Assembly: GCA_904419725.1 (NCBI GenBank)
Contig: CAJFSP010000001.1
Span: 193,814-257,813 of the forward strand
Direction: 5' to 3'
DNA: 64,000 bases
DNA from: Candidatus Heteroclostridium caecigallinarum
GTDB taxonomy: Bacteria > Bacillota > Clostridia > Christensenellales > CAG-314
Below, one piece after another: positions 10,704-19,733 of the stretch; the stretch's first letter is position 1; every line of letters begins with the position of its first letter. The position numbers were made by a program, and so were the translations under genes. Below the pieces are notes generated by a model. That model had not been told where the DNA came from. It did not search any database and saw only the letters and a list, made by a program, of their open reading frames with translations.

Positions 10704-11852
10704 ATGTCAATTAAACTCAATGAAAACATCCAGAAAATCGAAACAAGTCTTATCCGCCGTTTCAACGATATGGCGGTCAGACAAAACGCCGAACTTTTTC
10801 TCACGCTGGGCGAACCGGCTTTCAACACGCCCGACAGCGTGAAACAGGCGTGCGTCGACGCTCTTTATCAGAACAAAACGCACTACGGTCCAAACACCGG
10901 CATAAAAGAACTGCGGGAAAAGGTGTCGGAATTCGAAAAACGCAAAAACAATCTCGACTACACCCCCGACGAGGTGATGATTACCAACGGCTCCACCGAG
11001 GCGCTGACATGCGCCCTGTTCACCATACTCAACCCGGGCGACGAAGTGATAATCCCGACGCCGGCGTTTCTGCTGTATGAAATGATTATCACCTACACCG
11101 GCGCCAAGGCGGTGTATATGGATATGTCGGCAAACGACTTCCAGATTTCAAAGAAAATGCTGGACGAATACATAACCGACAAAACAAAGGCCATCATACT
11201 CACTTCGCCCAACAACCCGTCGGGCACGATTTTCAACGCCGACACGCTGGAAAACGTGCGCGCCGCCGTGAAAGACAGAGACATTTTCGTCATATGCGAC
11301 GAGTGCTATAACCAACTTGTCTTCACCGACGAAAAGCCGAAAAGTTTCTGTAATTTCAGCGACATGCGCGACAGAATAATCGTGTGTCAGAGTTTTTCAA
11401 AGCCTTACGCCATGACGGGCTGGCGTCTCGGATACATGATGGCGCCCGAATACATCATCAAACACGCCATGAAAGCGCACCAGTTCATGACGGTTTCGGC
11501 GGGCACGTTCGTGCAGTACGCCGGCATTGCCGCGCTGGACTTCGACCCGAGCCAATTCGTGGCGGTGTACAAAAAACGGCGCGATTACGTTTACGACAGA
11601 CTCGTCAAAATGGGCTTTGACGTCATTAAACCCGACGCCACGTTTTATATCTTCCCTTCCATCAGAAAATTCGGGCTGGATTCTTACGAATTCTGCAAAC
11701 GTCTGCTGGAAGAACAAAGCGTGGTCATAATCCCAGGCGTGGCGTTCGGCTCTGAAGGCAATGTGCGCATAAGTTTCTGCGTCGACGACGACGTGCTCGT
11801 CAAAGCGCTTGACAGGATAGAAATTTTCGTGAAAAACCTGGTGAAACGATAA
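10704..11852 (+). CDS. class I/II pyridoxal-phosphate aminotransferase, probably the N-acetyl-LL-diaminopimelate aminotransferase of the acetylase branch
   Basis: 382-aa ORF with the PLP-lysine motif SFSKPYAMTGWRLGY. The specific role is inferred from its position between the dapH operon and the M20 deacetylase. Confidence 0.8.
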   Translation: MSIKLNENIQKIETSLIRRFNDMAVRQNAELFLTLGEPAFNTPDSVKQACVDALYQNKTHYGPNTGIKELREKVSEFEKRKNNLDYTPDEVMITNGSTEALTCALFTILNPGDEVIIPTPAFLLYEMIITYTGAKAVYMDMSANDFQISKKMLDEYITDKTKAIILTSPNNPSGTIFNADTLENVRAAVKDRDIFVICDECYNQLVFTDEKPKSFCNFSDMRDRIIVCQSFSKPYAMTGWRLGYMMAPEYIIKHAMKAHQFMTVSAGTFVQYAGIAALDFDPSQFVAVYKKRRDYVYDRLVKMGFDVIKPDATFYIFPSIRKFGLDSYEFCKRLLEEQSVVIIPGVAFGSEGNVRISFCVDDDVLVKALDRIEIFVKNLVKR

Positions 11853-11854
11853 AA

Positions 11855-11886
11855 CAAAAAGACGGCGGAAGCCGTCTTTTTGTTTT
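11855..11886. terminator. bidirectional intrinsic terminator
   Basis: AAAAAGACGGC GGAA GCCGTCTTTTT between convergent genes. Confidence 0.8.
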
Positions 11887-11889
11887 CCT

Positions 11890-12987
11890 TTATAACGACG
11901 ATATCAGTTGTTTGTAAAGATTCACGCCGACGTCCAGCACCGACATGTCGAAATCGAACTTTTCGCTGTGGAGTTTCATGCCGCTCCCAAGCCCCAGAAA
12001 GAAAAACACCGTAGGGCATACTCTCGCGTAGAAAGAAAAATCCTCCGCCTGCATTACGGCGTCGGGCAGGATTTTGACATCGCACACGGCGCACACCATG
12101 TCAAACAGTTTGCCGTCGTTTATGACGGGCGGATATCCTTCGCCCATGTTTATTTCCGCCGTCACGCCGTATTTTTCCGACACTTCTTCCGCCGCCGCCG
12201 AGATATCCCCTTTGATTAAAGAAAACATATTTTCCGACAATACCCTGACGCTGCCCTGCATGACGGTATTGTCGCTTATTATATTGCGCAGGCTTCCCGA
12301 ACGCATCTTGCCGAATTTCACGACGCATTTTTCCTGCCCGCAGCGTTTCGCTTCGATATCCCTGAGTTTAAGCAGAAGTTCCGCCGCCGCCATAAGGCTG
12401 TCGGCGCCCTTGCCCATGTCGGCTATATGGCTTGCCTTGCCGCGCAGCACGATGTCCGTTTCGGACGATTTCGCCATCATCGCGCCGCTCTTGGAAAAAA
12501 TTTCGCCTTTGGTAAGTTCCGGCCAGAGATGTATGCCGAAAGCGCAGGTCACGTTCAGTTTGCGCAGAACCCCGCTGCCCACAATGTACCTCGCTCCGCC
12601 GTCGAGTTCTTCCGCCGGCTGAAACACAAACACGACGTTACGCTTCGGTTTTGCCCCGCTTTTTTTCAGTTCCGCCGTGTAAAGCGCCGCTTCCAGCGCC
12701 ATCGCCATGTGTCCGTCGTGACCGCAGGCATGCATAAATCCCTCATGCTCCGAAGCGAAAGGCAGACCTGTTTCTTCTTTTATCGGCAAAGCGTCCATAT
12801 CCGCCCTTATACACAGCGCGCTGTCGCGGCCGAAATCGAAAAACGCAGCGATACCCGTTTCTTTGATGTGAAAAATCTCGCAGCCGAGCCCGTCCAGCAC
12901 AGACAGAATGTATTTTTTTGTTTCGTTTTCACGGTACCCTATTTCAGGTATCCTGTGCAAATCTTTTCTGAAATCACGAGCAGTCAT
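11890..12987 (-). CDS. M20-family amidohydrolase, probably N-acetyldiaminopimelate deacetylase
   Basis: 365-aa ORF with the M20D metal-binding motif MHACGHDGH. The specific role is inferred from DAP pathway context. Confidence 0.75.
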   Translation of the reverse strand: MTARDFRKDLHRIPEIGYRENETKKYILSVLDGLGCEIFHIKETGIAAFFDFGRDSALCIRADMDALPIKEETGLPFASEHEGFMHACGHDGHMAMALEAALYTAELKKSGAKPKRNVVFVFQPAEELDGGARYIVGSGVLRKLNVTCAFGIHLWPELTKGEIFSKSGAMMAKSSETDIVLRGKASHIADMGKGADSLMAAAELLLKLRDIEAKRCGQEKCVVKFGKMRSGSLRNIISDNTVMQGSVRVLSENMFSLIKGDISAAAEEVSEKYGVTAEINMGEGYPPVINDGKLFDMVCAVCDVKILPDAVMQAEDFSFYARVCPTVFFFLGLGSGMKLHSEKFDFDMSVLDVGVNLYKQLISSL

Positions 12988-13136
12988 AAAAAAACCTTCC
13001 CGTAAAATAATTTACATCAATTTCGGTTTATAAGCAATACTATGCGCGTAAAAAAAAGCAAATCGCTTTGGTTTTTACGGTCTATTTTGTTGCCTTTTTA
13101 ACTAGCCGGTACTAAAATATTTTTCGGAGGATTTTT

Positions 13137-14354
13137 ATGAACACTCTGTTATGCCTGAGTATCGCTTTTGTCGGGGGTCTGCTCGCGACAAAGGCAATGA
13201 AGATTTTCAACCTGCCTAACGTGACGGGTTTTCTGATAGCGGGTCTTATAATAGGTCCGAGCGTCTGCGGTTTTGTTTCAGCCGAAGACGTGGCGAGTTT
13301 TTCAATTATTTCCGACGTCGCTTTGGGGTTCATAGCCTTTTCAATCGGCGTGGAATTCAAGTTCAGCCATCTTAAAGAACTCGGCGGAAAAGTTATCGTC
13401 ATCACGCTGTTCCAGTCGCTGCTGGCAGTGGCTCTCGTCGACGTGGCGCTCATCGCATTCGGCGCCGACACTGGTCTGTCGCTGGTGCTGGGCGCAATCG
13501 CCGCCGCGACGGCGCCTGCCGCCACGCTCATGGTCATCAGACAGTACAGGGCAAGCGGCCCTGTCGTCGAAACCTTGCTGCCCGTCGTCGCTTTCGACGA
13601 CGCCGTCGGACTTGTCGTGTTTTCGGTGTCCATAGCCCTGGCGAGAGTTTTTTCCACCGGAGCGGAACTGACCGTACAGTCGATTCTCGTTACGCCGCTC
13701 ATTGAAATCATCGGCTCGCTCGCGCTGGGTCTGATTTTGGGCGCCGCGCTCTGGTTGTTGAACAAATGGTTCAAACTCGGCGAAAACAAACTTATTTCGG
13801 CGATTCTGGTGGTCTTCGCCGCCACAGGGCTGGTGCAGCTTGTCTCTTCGCTCTGGGGAATAGACATGTCGGGACTTCTGGTCTGCATGATGGTCGGCGC
13901 CACTTTTACCAATATGTGCGTCGACGAAACGGAAGTGCTGTCGAGATGCGACGCCTGGTCCACCCCGCTGCTTATGCTGTTTTTCGTTATTTCGGGCGCG
14001 CAGCTGGATATTTCTGTAATACCGTCGATAGGCGTTATAGGCGTTATATATATTCTCGCCCGCTCCATAGGCAAATACGTCGGAGCGTATACGGGGTGCA
14101 AACTGACAAAAGCCAACCCCGTTGTCACGAAATATCTCGGCTGGACGCTGCTGCCCCAGGCCGGCGTGGAAATAGGCATGGCGCAGGTCGCAATGGCGGC
14201 GCTGCCGGCGATAGGCGCGCAAATCAACACCGTTGTGCTGTGCGCGATATTCGTCTATGCCATCATCGGTCCGATTATAACCAAAATCGCTCTCACGAAA
14301 GCGGGTGAAATCCAACCGAACCAAAAAAGGGTCAAAGACAAAGCGCATGAATGA
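13137..14354 (+). CDS. cation:proton antiporter (Na_H exchanger family)
   Basis: 405-aa polytopic membrane protein with an N-terminus (LPNVTGFLIAGLIIGPS) typical of the CPA family. Confidence 0.85.
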   Translation: MNTLLCLSIAFVGGLLATKAMKIFNLPNVTGFLIAGLIIGPSVCGFVSAEDVASFSIISDVALGFIAFSIGVEFKFSHLKELGGKVIVITLFQSLLAVALVDVALIAFGADTGLSLVLGAIAAATAPAATLMVIRQYRASGPVVETLLPVVAFDDAVGLVVFSVSIALARVFSTGAELTVQSILVTPLIEIIGSLALGLILGAALWLLNKWFKLGENKLISAILVVFAATGLVQLVSSLWGIDMSGLLVCMMVGATFTNMCVDETEVLSRCDAWSTPLLMLFFVISGAQLDISVIPSIGVIGVIYILARSIGKYVGAYTGCKLTKANPVVTKYLGWTLLPQAGVEIGMAQVAMAALPAIGAQINTVVLCAIFVYAIIGPIITKIALTKAGEIQPNQKRVKDKAHE

Positions 14355-14371
14355 CAGACTATATAAATATT

Positions 14372-14399
14372 ACGGACGGCAAACGCCGTCCGTTTTTTT
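14372..14399 (+). terminator. intrinsic terminator
   Basis: ACGGACGGC AAAC GCCGTCCGT followed by T7. Confidence 0.8.
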
Positions 14400-14488
14400 G
14401 TACAAAATCAAATTTAATTTGCCTTAAATACTTTTATTGTACAAATAAATATGTTAGAATATTGCCATAAATTTCCAGCGAGGTACAA

Positions 14489-14878
14489 ATGATAACAGAA
14501 ACAGCATTTTTGGGCACACAGCGCATTTCAGACGCCGATGTCTACGCTTTTATTTCGCACACGCTGAACGACATAGGCATTTCGGCGCATTTGAAGGGAT
14601 ACAACTTTCTGCGGGTGTGCGTGAACCTTAAACGAGTCAACCCGAACTATAAAAGCAAAGAGATGTTCCGCATAGCGGCGGAAAAGTTCGGCACGAACGA
14701 AAACAACGTCAACAGCGGCATTCACCACGCCCTGAAAACAGCGTGGGAAAGCGGCAAAATCGGAAATCTAAACAGCCGTTTCGGCGTGGATTATTTCAGA
14801 CAGGGCAAACAGATGTCAAATTTCAAATTCATTTCAGTTCTCGCCGACCTTATATCGGTGTATTACGCCGTAAATTAA
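14489..14878 (+). CDS. stand-alone Spo0A C-terminal (DNA-binding) domain protein
   Basis: 129-aa ORF. The segments IGISAHLKGYNFLRVCV, ...NNVNSGIHHALKTAWESG... and ...FGVDYF..KQMSNFKFISVLAD parallel the Spo0A effector-domain segments GVPAHIKGY.YLR, RVERAIRHAIEVAW and PTNSEFIA. There is no receiver domain. Confidence 0.7.
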   Translation: MITETAFLGTQRISDADVYAFISHTLNDIGISAHLKGYNFLRVCVNLKRVNPNYKSKEMFRIAAEKFGTNENNVNSGIHHALKTAWESGKIGNLNSRFGVDYFRQGKQMSNFKFISVLADLISVYYAVN

Positions 14879-14956
14879 ACGCGTGGTTTCGCTTTTCGCG
14901 CAAAAACAAGCGCGCGGGATATCCCGCGCGCCGGCTCTTGAAAAACTTTTGACTTT

Positions 14957-16720
14957 TCAGATACGCCAGTCGGCGCTTTGCTTCTGCAAAGCCAGCATTC
15001 CGGCATAAATTCCGCCATTTTCTTTCAGTTCCGCGGGGGTCCCCTGCTCCGCCACTTTGCCGTCTTTTATGAGCACGAGTTTGTCCGCGTCCTCCACCGT
15101 TCTCAGGCGGTGCGCTATAATCACCACCGTTTTATCTTTGATAAGCCCTGAAATCGCCTGCTGGATTTCCGTTTCGTTTTCGGCATCGAGCGAGGCGGTG
15201 GCTTCGTCAAGCACCACAATCGGCGCGTCTTTAAGCATAACCCTGGCAATGGCTATCCGCTGTTGCTCGCCGCCCGAAAGATACACGCCTTTGCCGCCTA
15301 TAACCGTGTCGGCGCCATGCGGAAACTTTGCAAGAATATCGTCGCACTGCGCGTCGCGCAGCGCCGTGAGCACTTCTTCCCTTGTGGCGTCAGGTCTGCC
15401 CATAAGCACGTTTTCGTATATGGAAGTCTTCAAAAGACGGCTGTCCTGAAAAACATAGGCGACTGTGTCGCTGAGAGTTTTTTTGGCTATGTCTTTAACG
15501 TTGACGCCGCCCACGCTGACAGAGCCGTGAGATACGTCCCAGAACCTGGCGATAAGCCCCGCCGCCGTAGTCTTGCCGCCGCCAGACGGCCCTACGAGAG
15601 CGACAGTCTGCCCCGCCTCAACCTTGAAAGAAACACCTTTAAGCGCGTCGCCGACGGCGTCAGCGTAGCGGAACGCAACATCTTTGAATTCTATGGAATT
15701 ATCCGACGGCTCAATCGGGTTTCCGGTTTCAGGCAGCGGCGCGAGATTTATAATTGAATGTATTCTGTTCAGCGCGTCGCTTACTATAAGACTGTTTTCG
15801 CTCATGAACATGACTTTCATCAGCGTGACGGATATGATTGGCGTAAAGATAATGTAAAAAATCAGGTTGAGCAGAAAATTTCCGTCAACGCCGCCGGCGG
15901 TGAAGCAAAGCCCCGCTATAATGAGCGGCACAAACACGCAGTTGACCGCCGTCGTGAAAGCGACCATTGGCCACATAAGGCTTTTGGTGTAGGCGATGAC
16001 CCATTTGTGATAACTGTCTATCGAACCTTTGAACCGCTTGAAAGAAAACACCGTCTGCCCGAAAGTTTTGACGACGGGCACGCCGCGCACATATTCCACT
16101 GCCTCGTTGTTCATGTCTTCCAGCGCGCTTTGATATTCTTTCATTTTTTCCGCCATGCCTTTACCCGTCATTTTCGACATGATAATAAAGCCCAGCACAG
16201 TGGGAACAAGGCTCAACAGACCCAGCCGCCAGTCAAACACAAACAAAAGCGCGAGCATGCCTACCGGTGTAACAAACGCCCCAACCATGTCGGGGAGCTG
16301 GTGCGCCAGATACGTTTCCGTGGCTCCGCTGGATTCGTTGACGATTCGGCGAACCCTGCCGCTGCCCAGCCCGCTCATAAACCCCGCCGGAAGCGACGCT
16401 ATGTGCCGCATTGCTCTTTTGCGCATATTGCCCGCCACCCGGAACGCCGCCACATGCGAACACATGAGCGCGGCAAAATAGACGAGCATTGACAAAAGCG
16501 CGCTGCCGACAGCCCACCAGCCATAAACGGCAAGCGCGCCGCCAACCGCGGCAAAATCACCATCCGCCCACAGCACTTCGCGCACGATAAGCCACACGAA
16601 AACAAACGGAGCCAGCGCCAGCAAAGCGCTGACTGCGGAAAGCAGCCACGACGAGTATGTCAGATATCTGCGCCTGCCGGCGTAACGCATCAGTTCGGAT
16701 AAATTACCTCTTTTCCCCAT
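14957..16720 (-). CDS. ABC exporter, fused permease/ATPase
   Basis: 587-aa ORF with an N-terminal 6-TM domain, Walker A GPSGGGKTT, signature LSGGEQQR and Walker B VVLDEATS. Confidence 0.9.
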   Translation of the reverse strand: MGKRGNLSELMRYAGRRRYLTYSSWLLSAVSALLALAPFVFVWLIVREVLWADGDFAAVGGALAVYGWWAVGSALLSMLVYFAALMCSHVAAFRVAGNMRKRAMRHIASLPAGFMSGLGSGRVRRIVNESSGATETYLAHQLPDMVGAFVTPVGMLALLFVFDWRLGLLSLVPTVLGFIIMSKMTGKGMAEKMKEYQSALEDMNNEAVEYVRGVPVVKTFGQTVFSFKRFKGSIDSYHKWVIAYTKSLMWPMVAFTTAVNCVFVPLIIAGLCFTAGGVDGNFLLNLIFYIIFTPIISVTLMKVMFMSENSLIVSDALNRIHSIINLAPLPETGNPIEPSDNSIEFKDVAFRYADAVGDALKGVSFKVEAGQTVALVGPSGGGKTTAAGLIARFWDVSHGSVSVGGVNVKDIAKKTLSDTVAYVFQDSRLLKTSIYENVLMGRPDATREEVLTALRDAQCDDILAKFPHGADTVIGGKGVYLSGGEQQRIAIARVMLKDAPIVVLDEATASLDAENETEIQQAISGLIKDKTVVIIAHRLRTVEDADKLVLIKDGKVAEQGTPAELKENGGIYAGMLALQKQSADWRI

Positions 16721-16774
16721 ATATACCTCCTTTGATATTTAAGATAGCATATGCTAACAATATGACGAAATTTT

Positions 16775-17392
16775 TTACAATCCCAAAAGTTTATCCCAGC
16801 CCACATTGAAAAATTCCATAAGCTGACCGATATACATAACGGCGTCTTCTTTGGGCAAATCGTGCGCCACCACTTCAAACACGCCGTTAAACATGGCGCT
16901 GGACAGCATATGGCTCAGATCTGCGCGCACGTTGTTGATTTTCTCGCCGGACTCGCGCAGACACTCTATAAAACGCTTTGTGTTTTTGGTTTCAACCTCC
17001 ACCATTTTATCGACGTAGTCGTGATATCTCGACCCGCCGCTTTTGCAGATAATGAGTTTGAACGCGTCAAAATTGTCGTAAATGATGTCAATCATGACGT
17101 CCATCTCTTTGTCGACATACGAATGCATTTCGCTGTGCTGTTTTTCCGGCGGAAAAGCGGCAAAAGCGTTTTGAGCGTTCATAAAAAAGCCGTAGAGTTT
17201 GTCGGCGCCATCGCGCACCAGTTCGGCGAAAATTTCTTCCTTGTCGGCAAACCTGCTGTAAAGCATGCCCGTCGTCACGCCCGCTTTTTCGGCGATGCGC
17301 CGCATGGACGCGTCGGCAAAACCCTTGTCCATAAACTCGCTTTTGGCGCATTGGAGAATTTTAAGGTTGATTGATTGGTCTTTCGTCTTCAT
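16775..17392 (-). CDS. TetR/AcrR family transcriptional regulator
   Basis: 205-aa ORF with the N-terminal HTH ASMRRIAEKAGVTTGMLYSRF. It lies upstream of, and on the same strand as, the ABC exporter. Confidence 0.9.
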   Translation of the reverse strand: MKTKDQSINLKILQCAKSEFMDKGFADASMRRIAEKAGVTTGMLYSRFADKEEIFAELVRDGADKLYGFFMNAQNAFAAFPPEKQHSEMHSYVDKEMDVMIDIIYDNFDAFKLIICKSGGSRYHDYVDKMVEVETKNTKRFIECLRESGEKINNVRADLSHMLSSAMFNGVFEVVAHDLPKEDAVMYIGQLMEFFNVGWDKLLGL

Positions 17393-17396
17393 ATTG

Positions 17397-17423
17397 ATAA
17401 CATCGTTATAATAACACCGTTAT
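17397..17423. promoter_or_regulatory. candidate TetR operator (two adjacent 13-bp palindromes)
   Basis: ATAACATCGTTAT (17397-17409) and ATAACACCGTTAT (17411-17423) are separated by 1 nt and begin 5 nt upstream of the TetR start codon. Confidence 0.4.
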
Positions 17424-17489
17424 TAAAGCGGCACAACGTTTAGCGCGGGCTAACGAAAAAAAACGGAGCGGTTTTGCCGCCCCGTCGTG

Positions 17490-17744
17490 TCAGATTTTGA
17501 GATGTATTTTCTTTTTGTTGAGCAGGTACGCCAGCGCCGACCACACGGCAACGTTTATCGCCGCGCCAAGCGCAACCGAGAACGCCGTAGCCGTAGGATA
17601 TATAAATGCCAGCAGGTCAAGCCCCAGCACCGCCGCGAGCAGTTGGTCGCAAAGGAAAAACAAAAAAGCGGCAGCTATCGCTGCCGCGAAATTTTTTATA
17701 TCTTTCCCGCGTGTCAGACGCCGCGCAAAAAGAAAAAGCCACAA
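17490..17744 (-). CDS. hypothetical small membrane protein (doubtful)
   Basis: 84-aa ORF with two hydrophobic helices and a TTG start, with no clear RBS. A minus-strand terminator at about 17461-17486 (imperfect stem plus T8) follows it. The region could instead be a tRNA trailer. Confidence 0.25.
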   Translation of the reverse strand: MWLFLFARRLTRGKDIKNFAAAIAAAFLFFLCDQLLAAVLGLDLLAFIYPTATAFSVALGAAINVAVWSALAYLLNKKKIHLKI

Positions 17745-17765
17745 TATATTGCGGCGTTTTTATTT

Positions 17766-17851
17766 TGGTGCCGAAGGCGGGACTTGAACCCGCACGTTGT
17801 CGCCAACAACGGATTTTGAGTCCGTCGCGTCTGCCATTCCACCACTTCGGC
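17766..17851 (-). tRNA. tRNA-Leu (anticodon CAA)
   Basis: Cloverleaf read by hand: acceptor GCCGAAG/CTTCGGC, anticodon stem ACGGA/TCCGT with loop CT-CAA-AA, a long variable arm, a T-arm GGTTCAAGTCC and an encoded CCA. Confidence 0.9.
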
Positions 17852-17920
17852 ACGGTACTGATTGATGATATCACAAAGCGGCGGTTTTGACAACCGTTTT
17901 TTATTTTTTGCCGCAACGGC

Positions 17921-18601
17921 TCACAGCAACATATAGTCGTTTATTTCCAGTTTGAAGGCATAGCCTATAAACTGCGCGGCGCCGAGACACATGCGCATAC
18001 GCTGGAGAAAAATCTCGAAATAATCCATAGGCGAGCAGATATCGGTGTTGACGGTGAGTTTAAGCAGAATTTCTTTTTTCTTTTCGTCCACTATCAGCTG
18101 ATTTTCGGTGACGGCGTAGTTGACCCTGTCGTGAATGTCGGTGTAATCTTTCAGGTGCTTGTTCGGCAGCAGTTTTGACTGTCTGACGCGGCTGCGGTGC
18201 ACGTCGCATTTATCCGCTATAATCAGCGCCGCCGAAATTTTGCTGACGGCAAGCCCCGACCCTTCGTCGTGATTGCCGATTGCCAGCATTATTTCCGCCG
18301 CTTCGTCGTACGCCATGCCGAGTTTTGTCAGCACCTGGTAAGCGAGTATCGCGCCGCTGTGCGGATGGTTCATCCTGTTCACGGCGTTGCCGATGTCGTG
18401 CAGATAAGCCGCCATTTCGCCCAGTTCCACTTCGCGCTGCGGACAGCCGAGTTTCGTCAGAATTTCCCGCGCGCGCTTTGCCGTCAGCGTGATATGCCTG
18501 AGGCTGTGTTCGGTGTAACCCAGCACCTGCAACTGCTTTTCCTCCGCTTTGAGCAGTGTCTGCACTTCCACGTTCTTTTTGAGTGTTTCCAGCGTAATCA
18601 T
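17921..18601 (-). CDS. HD-domain phosphohydrolase
   Basis: 226-aa ORF with H...HD signature residues (SLRH and YLHDIGN). Confidence 0.8.
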   Translation of the reverse strand: MITLETLKKNVEVQTLLKAEEKQLQVLGYTEHSLRHITLTAKRAREILTKLGCPQREVELGEMAAYLHDIGNAVNRMNHPHSGAILAYQVLTKLGMAYDEAAEIMLAIGNHDEGSGLAVSKISAALIIADKCDVHRSRVRQSKLLPNKHLKDYTDIHDRVNYAVTENQLIVDEKKKEILLKLTVNTDICSPMDYFEIFLQRMRMCLGAAQFIGYAFKLEINDYMLL

Positions 18602-18697
18602 AAAATCTCCGTATAATGCTTTTCTTTTATTATATCATTTTTCACGGTCAGGCAAACAATTTGGCGTCGTCGGGGCAAAAACTTACACATTCTTTAC

Positions 18698-18722
18698 AAA
18701 AAAACCGCGGCGTACGCCGCGG
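18698..18722 (-). terminator. intrinsic terminator of the nrdD-nrdG-dut operon
   Basis: Perfect 18-bp palindrome CCGCGGCGTACGCCGCGG, followed on the minus strand by T7. Confidence 0.8.
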
Positions 18723-18730
18723 AAATTTTA

Positions 18731-19240
18731 TTATTTACCGGTGCTGCCGAACCCCCCGTTACGCTCCGCTTCCGCGCTGTCGTCAACGGTGATTCCGTAA
18801 GGCAGGAATATACCCTGGGCGAACCCGTCGCCCTCCGCGATTGTCAGGCTTTTGCCCTCTTTGCCGTCATTGGTTATTTTTATAAATATATGCCCTTCGT
18901 TGTCGCTTTGAGAATAGTCGCTGTCTATTATGCCGACGCTGTTGTCAAGTTGCAGTCTGTATTTGAACCCCAGACCGCTCCGAGGAAAAATCTGCAACAC
19001 CCAGCCGTCGTCTATAAGCGCCCTTATGCCGGTCGGAATCTTTACGCCTTTACCCGCTTCCAGGGCGATGTCCGCCGTGGAAAAAAAGTCGTATCCGGCG
19101 CTGCCCTTTGTGGCGCGTCTCGGAAGTTTTATGCCGTCGTACACGCGCGCGGCTTCGGCCTCTCCGCAGCCGAAACACCCTGTATAATCTTTCACAAAAC
19201 GTTCTTTGCTGACTTTTTCGAATTTCGCTATCTTTTGCAT
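18731..19240 (-). CDS. dut: dUTP diphosphatase
   Basis: dUTPase motifs GSAGYDF, GIIDSDY and RNGGFGSTG. The start is moved to the ATG at 19240 (MQKIAKFEK), 1 nt after the nrdG stop. The longer ORF-track form runs into nrdG. Confidence 0.85.
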   Translation of the reverse strand: MQKIAKFEKVSKERFVKDYTGCFGCGEAEAARVYDGIKLPRRATKGSAGYDFFSTADIALEAGKGVKIPTGIRALIDDGWVLQIFPRSGLGFKYRLQLDNSVGIIDSDYSQSDNEGHIFIKITNDGKEGKSLTIAEGDGFAQGIFLPYGITVDDSAEAERNGGFGSTGK

Positions 19241-19241
19241 A

Positions 19242-19733
19242 TCAGTCGCAATGCAGCACGATGCCGCCCTCCTCGATACTTCTCTTTGCCTCGATAACCC
19301 TCTGGTTGGAACTGCCGCGCCAATAAAGTTTGGTGTCTTTGAGCGCTTTGACAAACGGTCCGTCCACCAGCACGTCCACATTTTTCATGAGCGGCAAATC
19401 CTTGACGTCTTTCCACTCGTACCCGGTGTACACCCAGATGGTTTTTTGAGGAAATTTTTCCTTTATTTCGTCTATCAGCGCCGATACGTCGTCCACGTTC
19501 TGCGGGATAAGCGGGTCGCCGCCCGACAGGGTAACGCCCGAAACGTACGGCTTCGCGAGTTCGGCGAAAAGTTCTTTTTTCGCGGCTTCGTCGAAAGGAA
19601 GCCCTCCGTTTATGTCCCACGTCACGGGGTTATGGCATTCGGGGCAGGCGTGCGTGCAGCCCGACACCCACAGCACGACTCTGAGCCCGTCGCCGTTGAG
19701 CATATCGTCTTTTGTTATATTGTGATATCTCAT
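19242..19733 (-). CDS. nrdG: anaerobic ribonucleoside-triphosphate reductase activating protein
   Basis: 163-aa radical-SAM protein with the cluster motif CTHACPECHN, immediately downstream of nrdD. Confidence 0.9.
   Translation of the reverse strand: MRYHNITKDDMLNGDGLRVVLWVSGCTHACPECHNPVTWDINGGLPFDEAAKKELFAELAKPYVSGVTLSGGDPLIPQNVDDVSALIDEIKEKFPQKTIWVYTGYEWKDVKDLPLMKNVDVLVDGPFVKALKDTKLYWRGSSNQRVIEAKRSIEEGGIVLHCD

Noticed and set aside
13112-14348. 372-aa and 335-aa minus-strand ORFs opposite the antiporter gene
   Set aside because: One is S/T/A/P-rich and the other R/G/D-rich low-complexity translation, typical of antisense frames. The plus-strand product is a coherent 12-TM transporter.
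19241-19381. 47-codon extension of the dut ORF into nrdG
   Set aside because: It overlaps the nrdG coding sequence in another frame and is W/C/R-rich. The dUTPase homology starts at the ATG at 19240.
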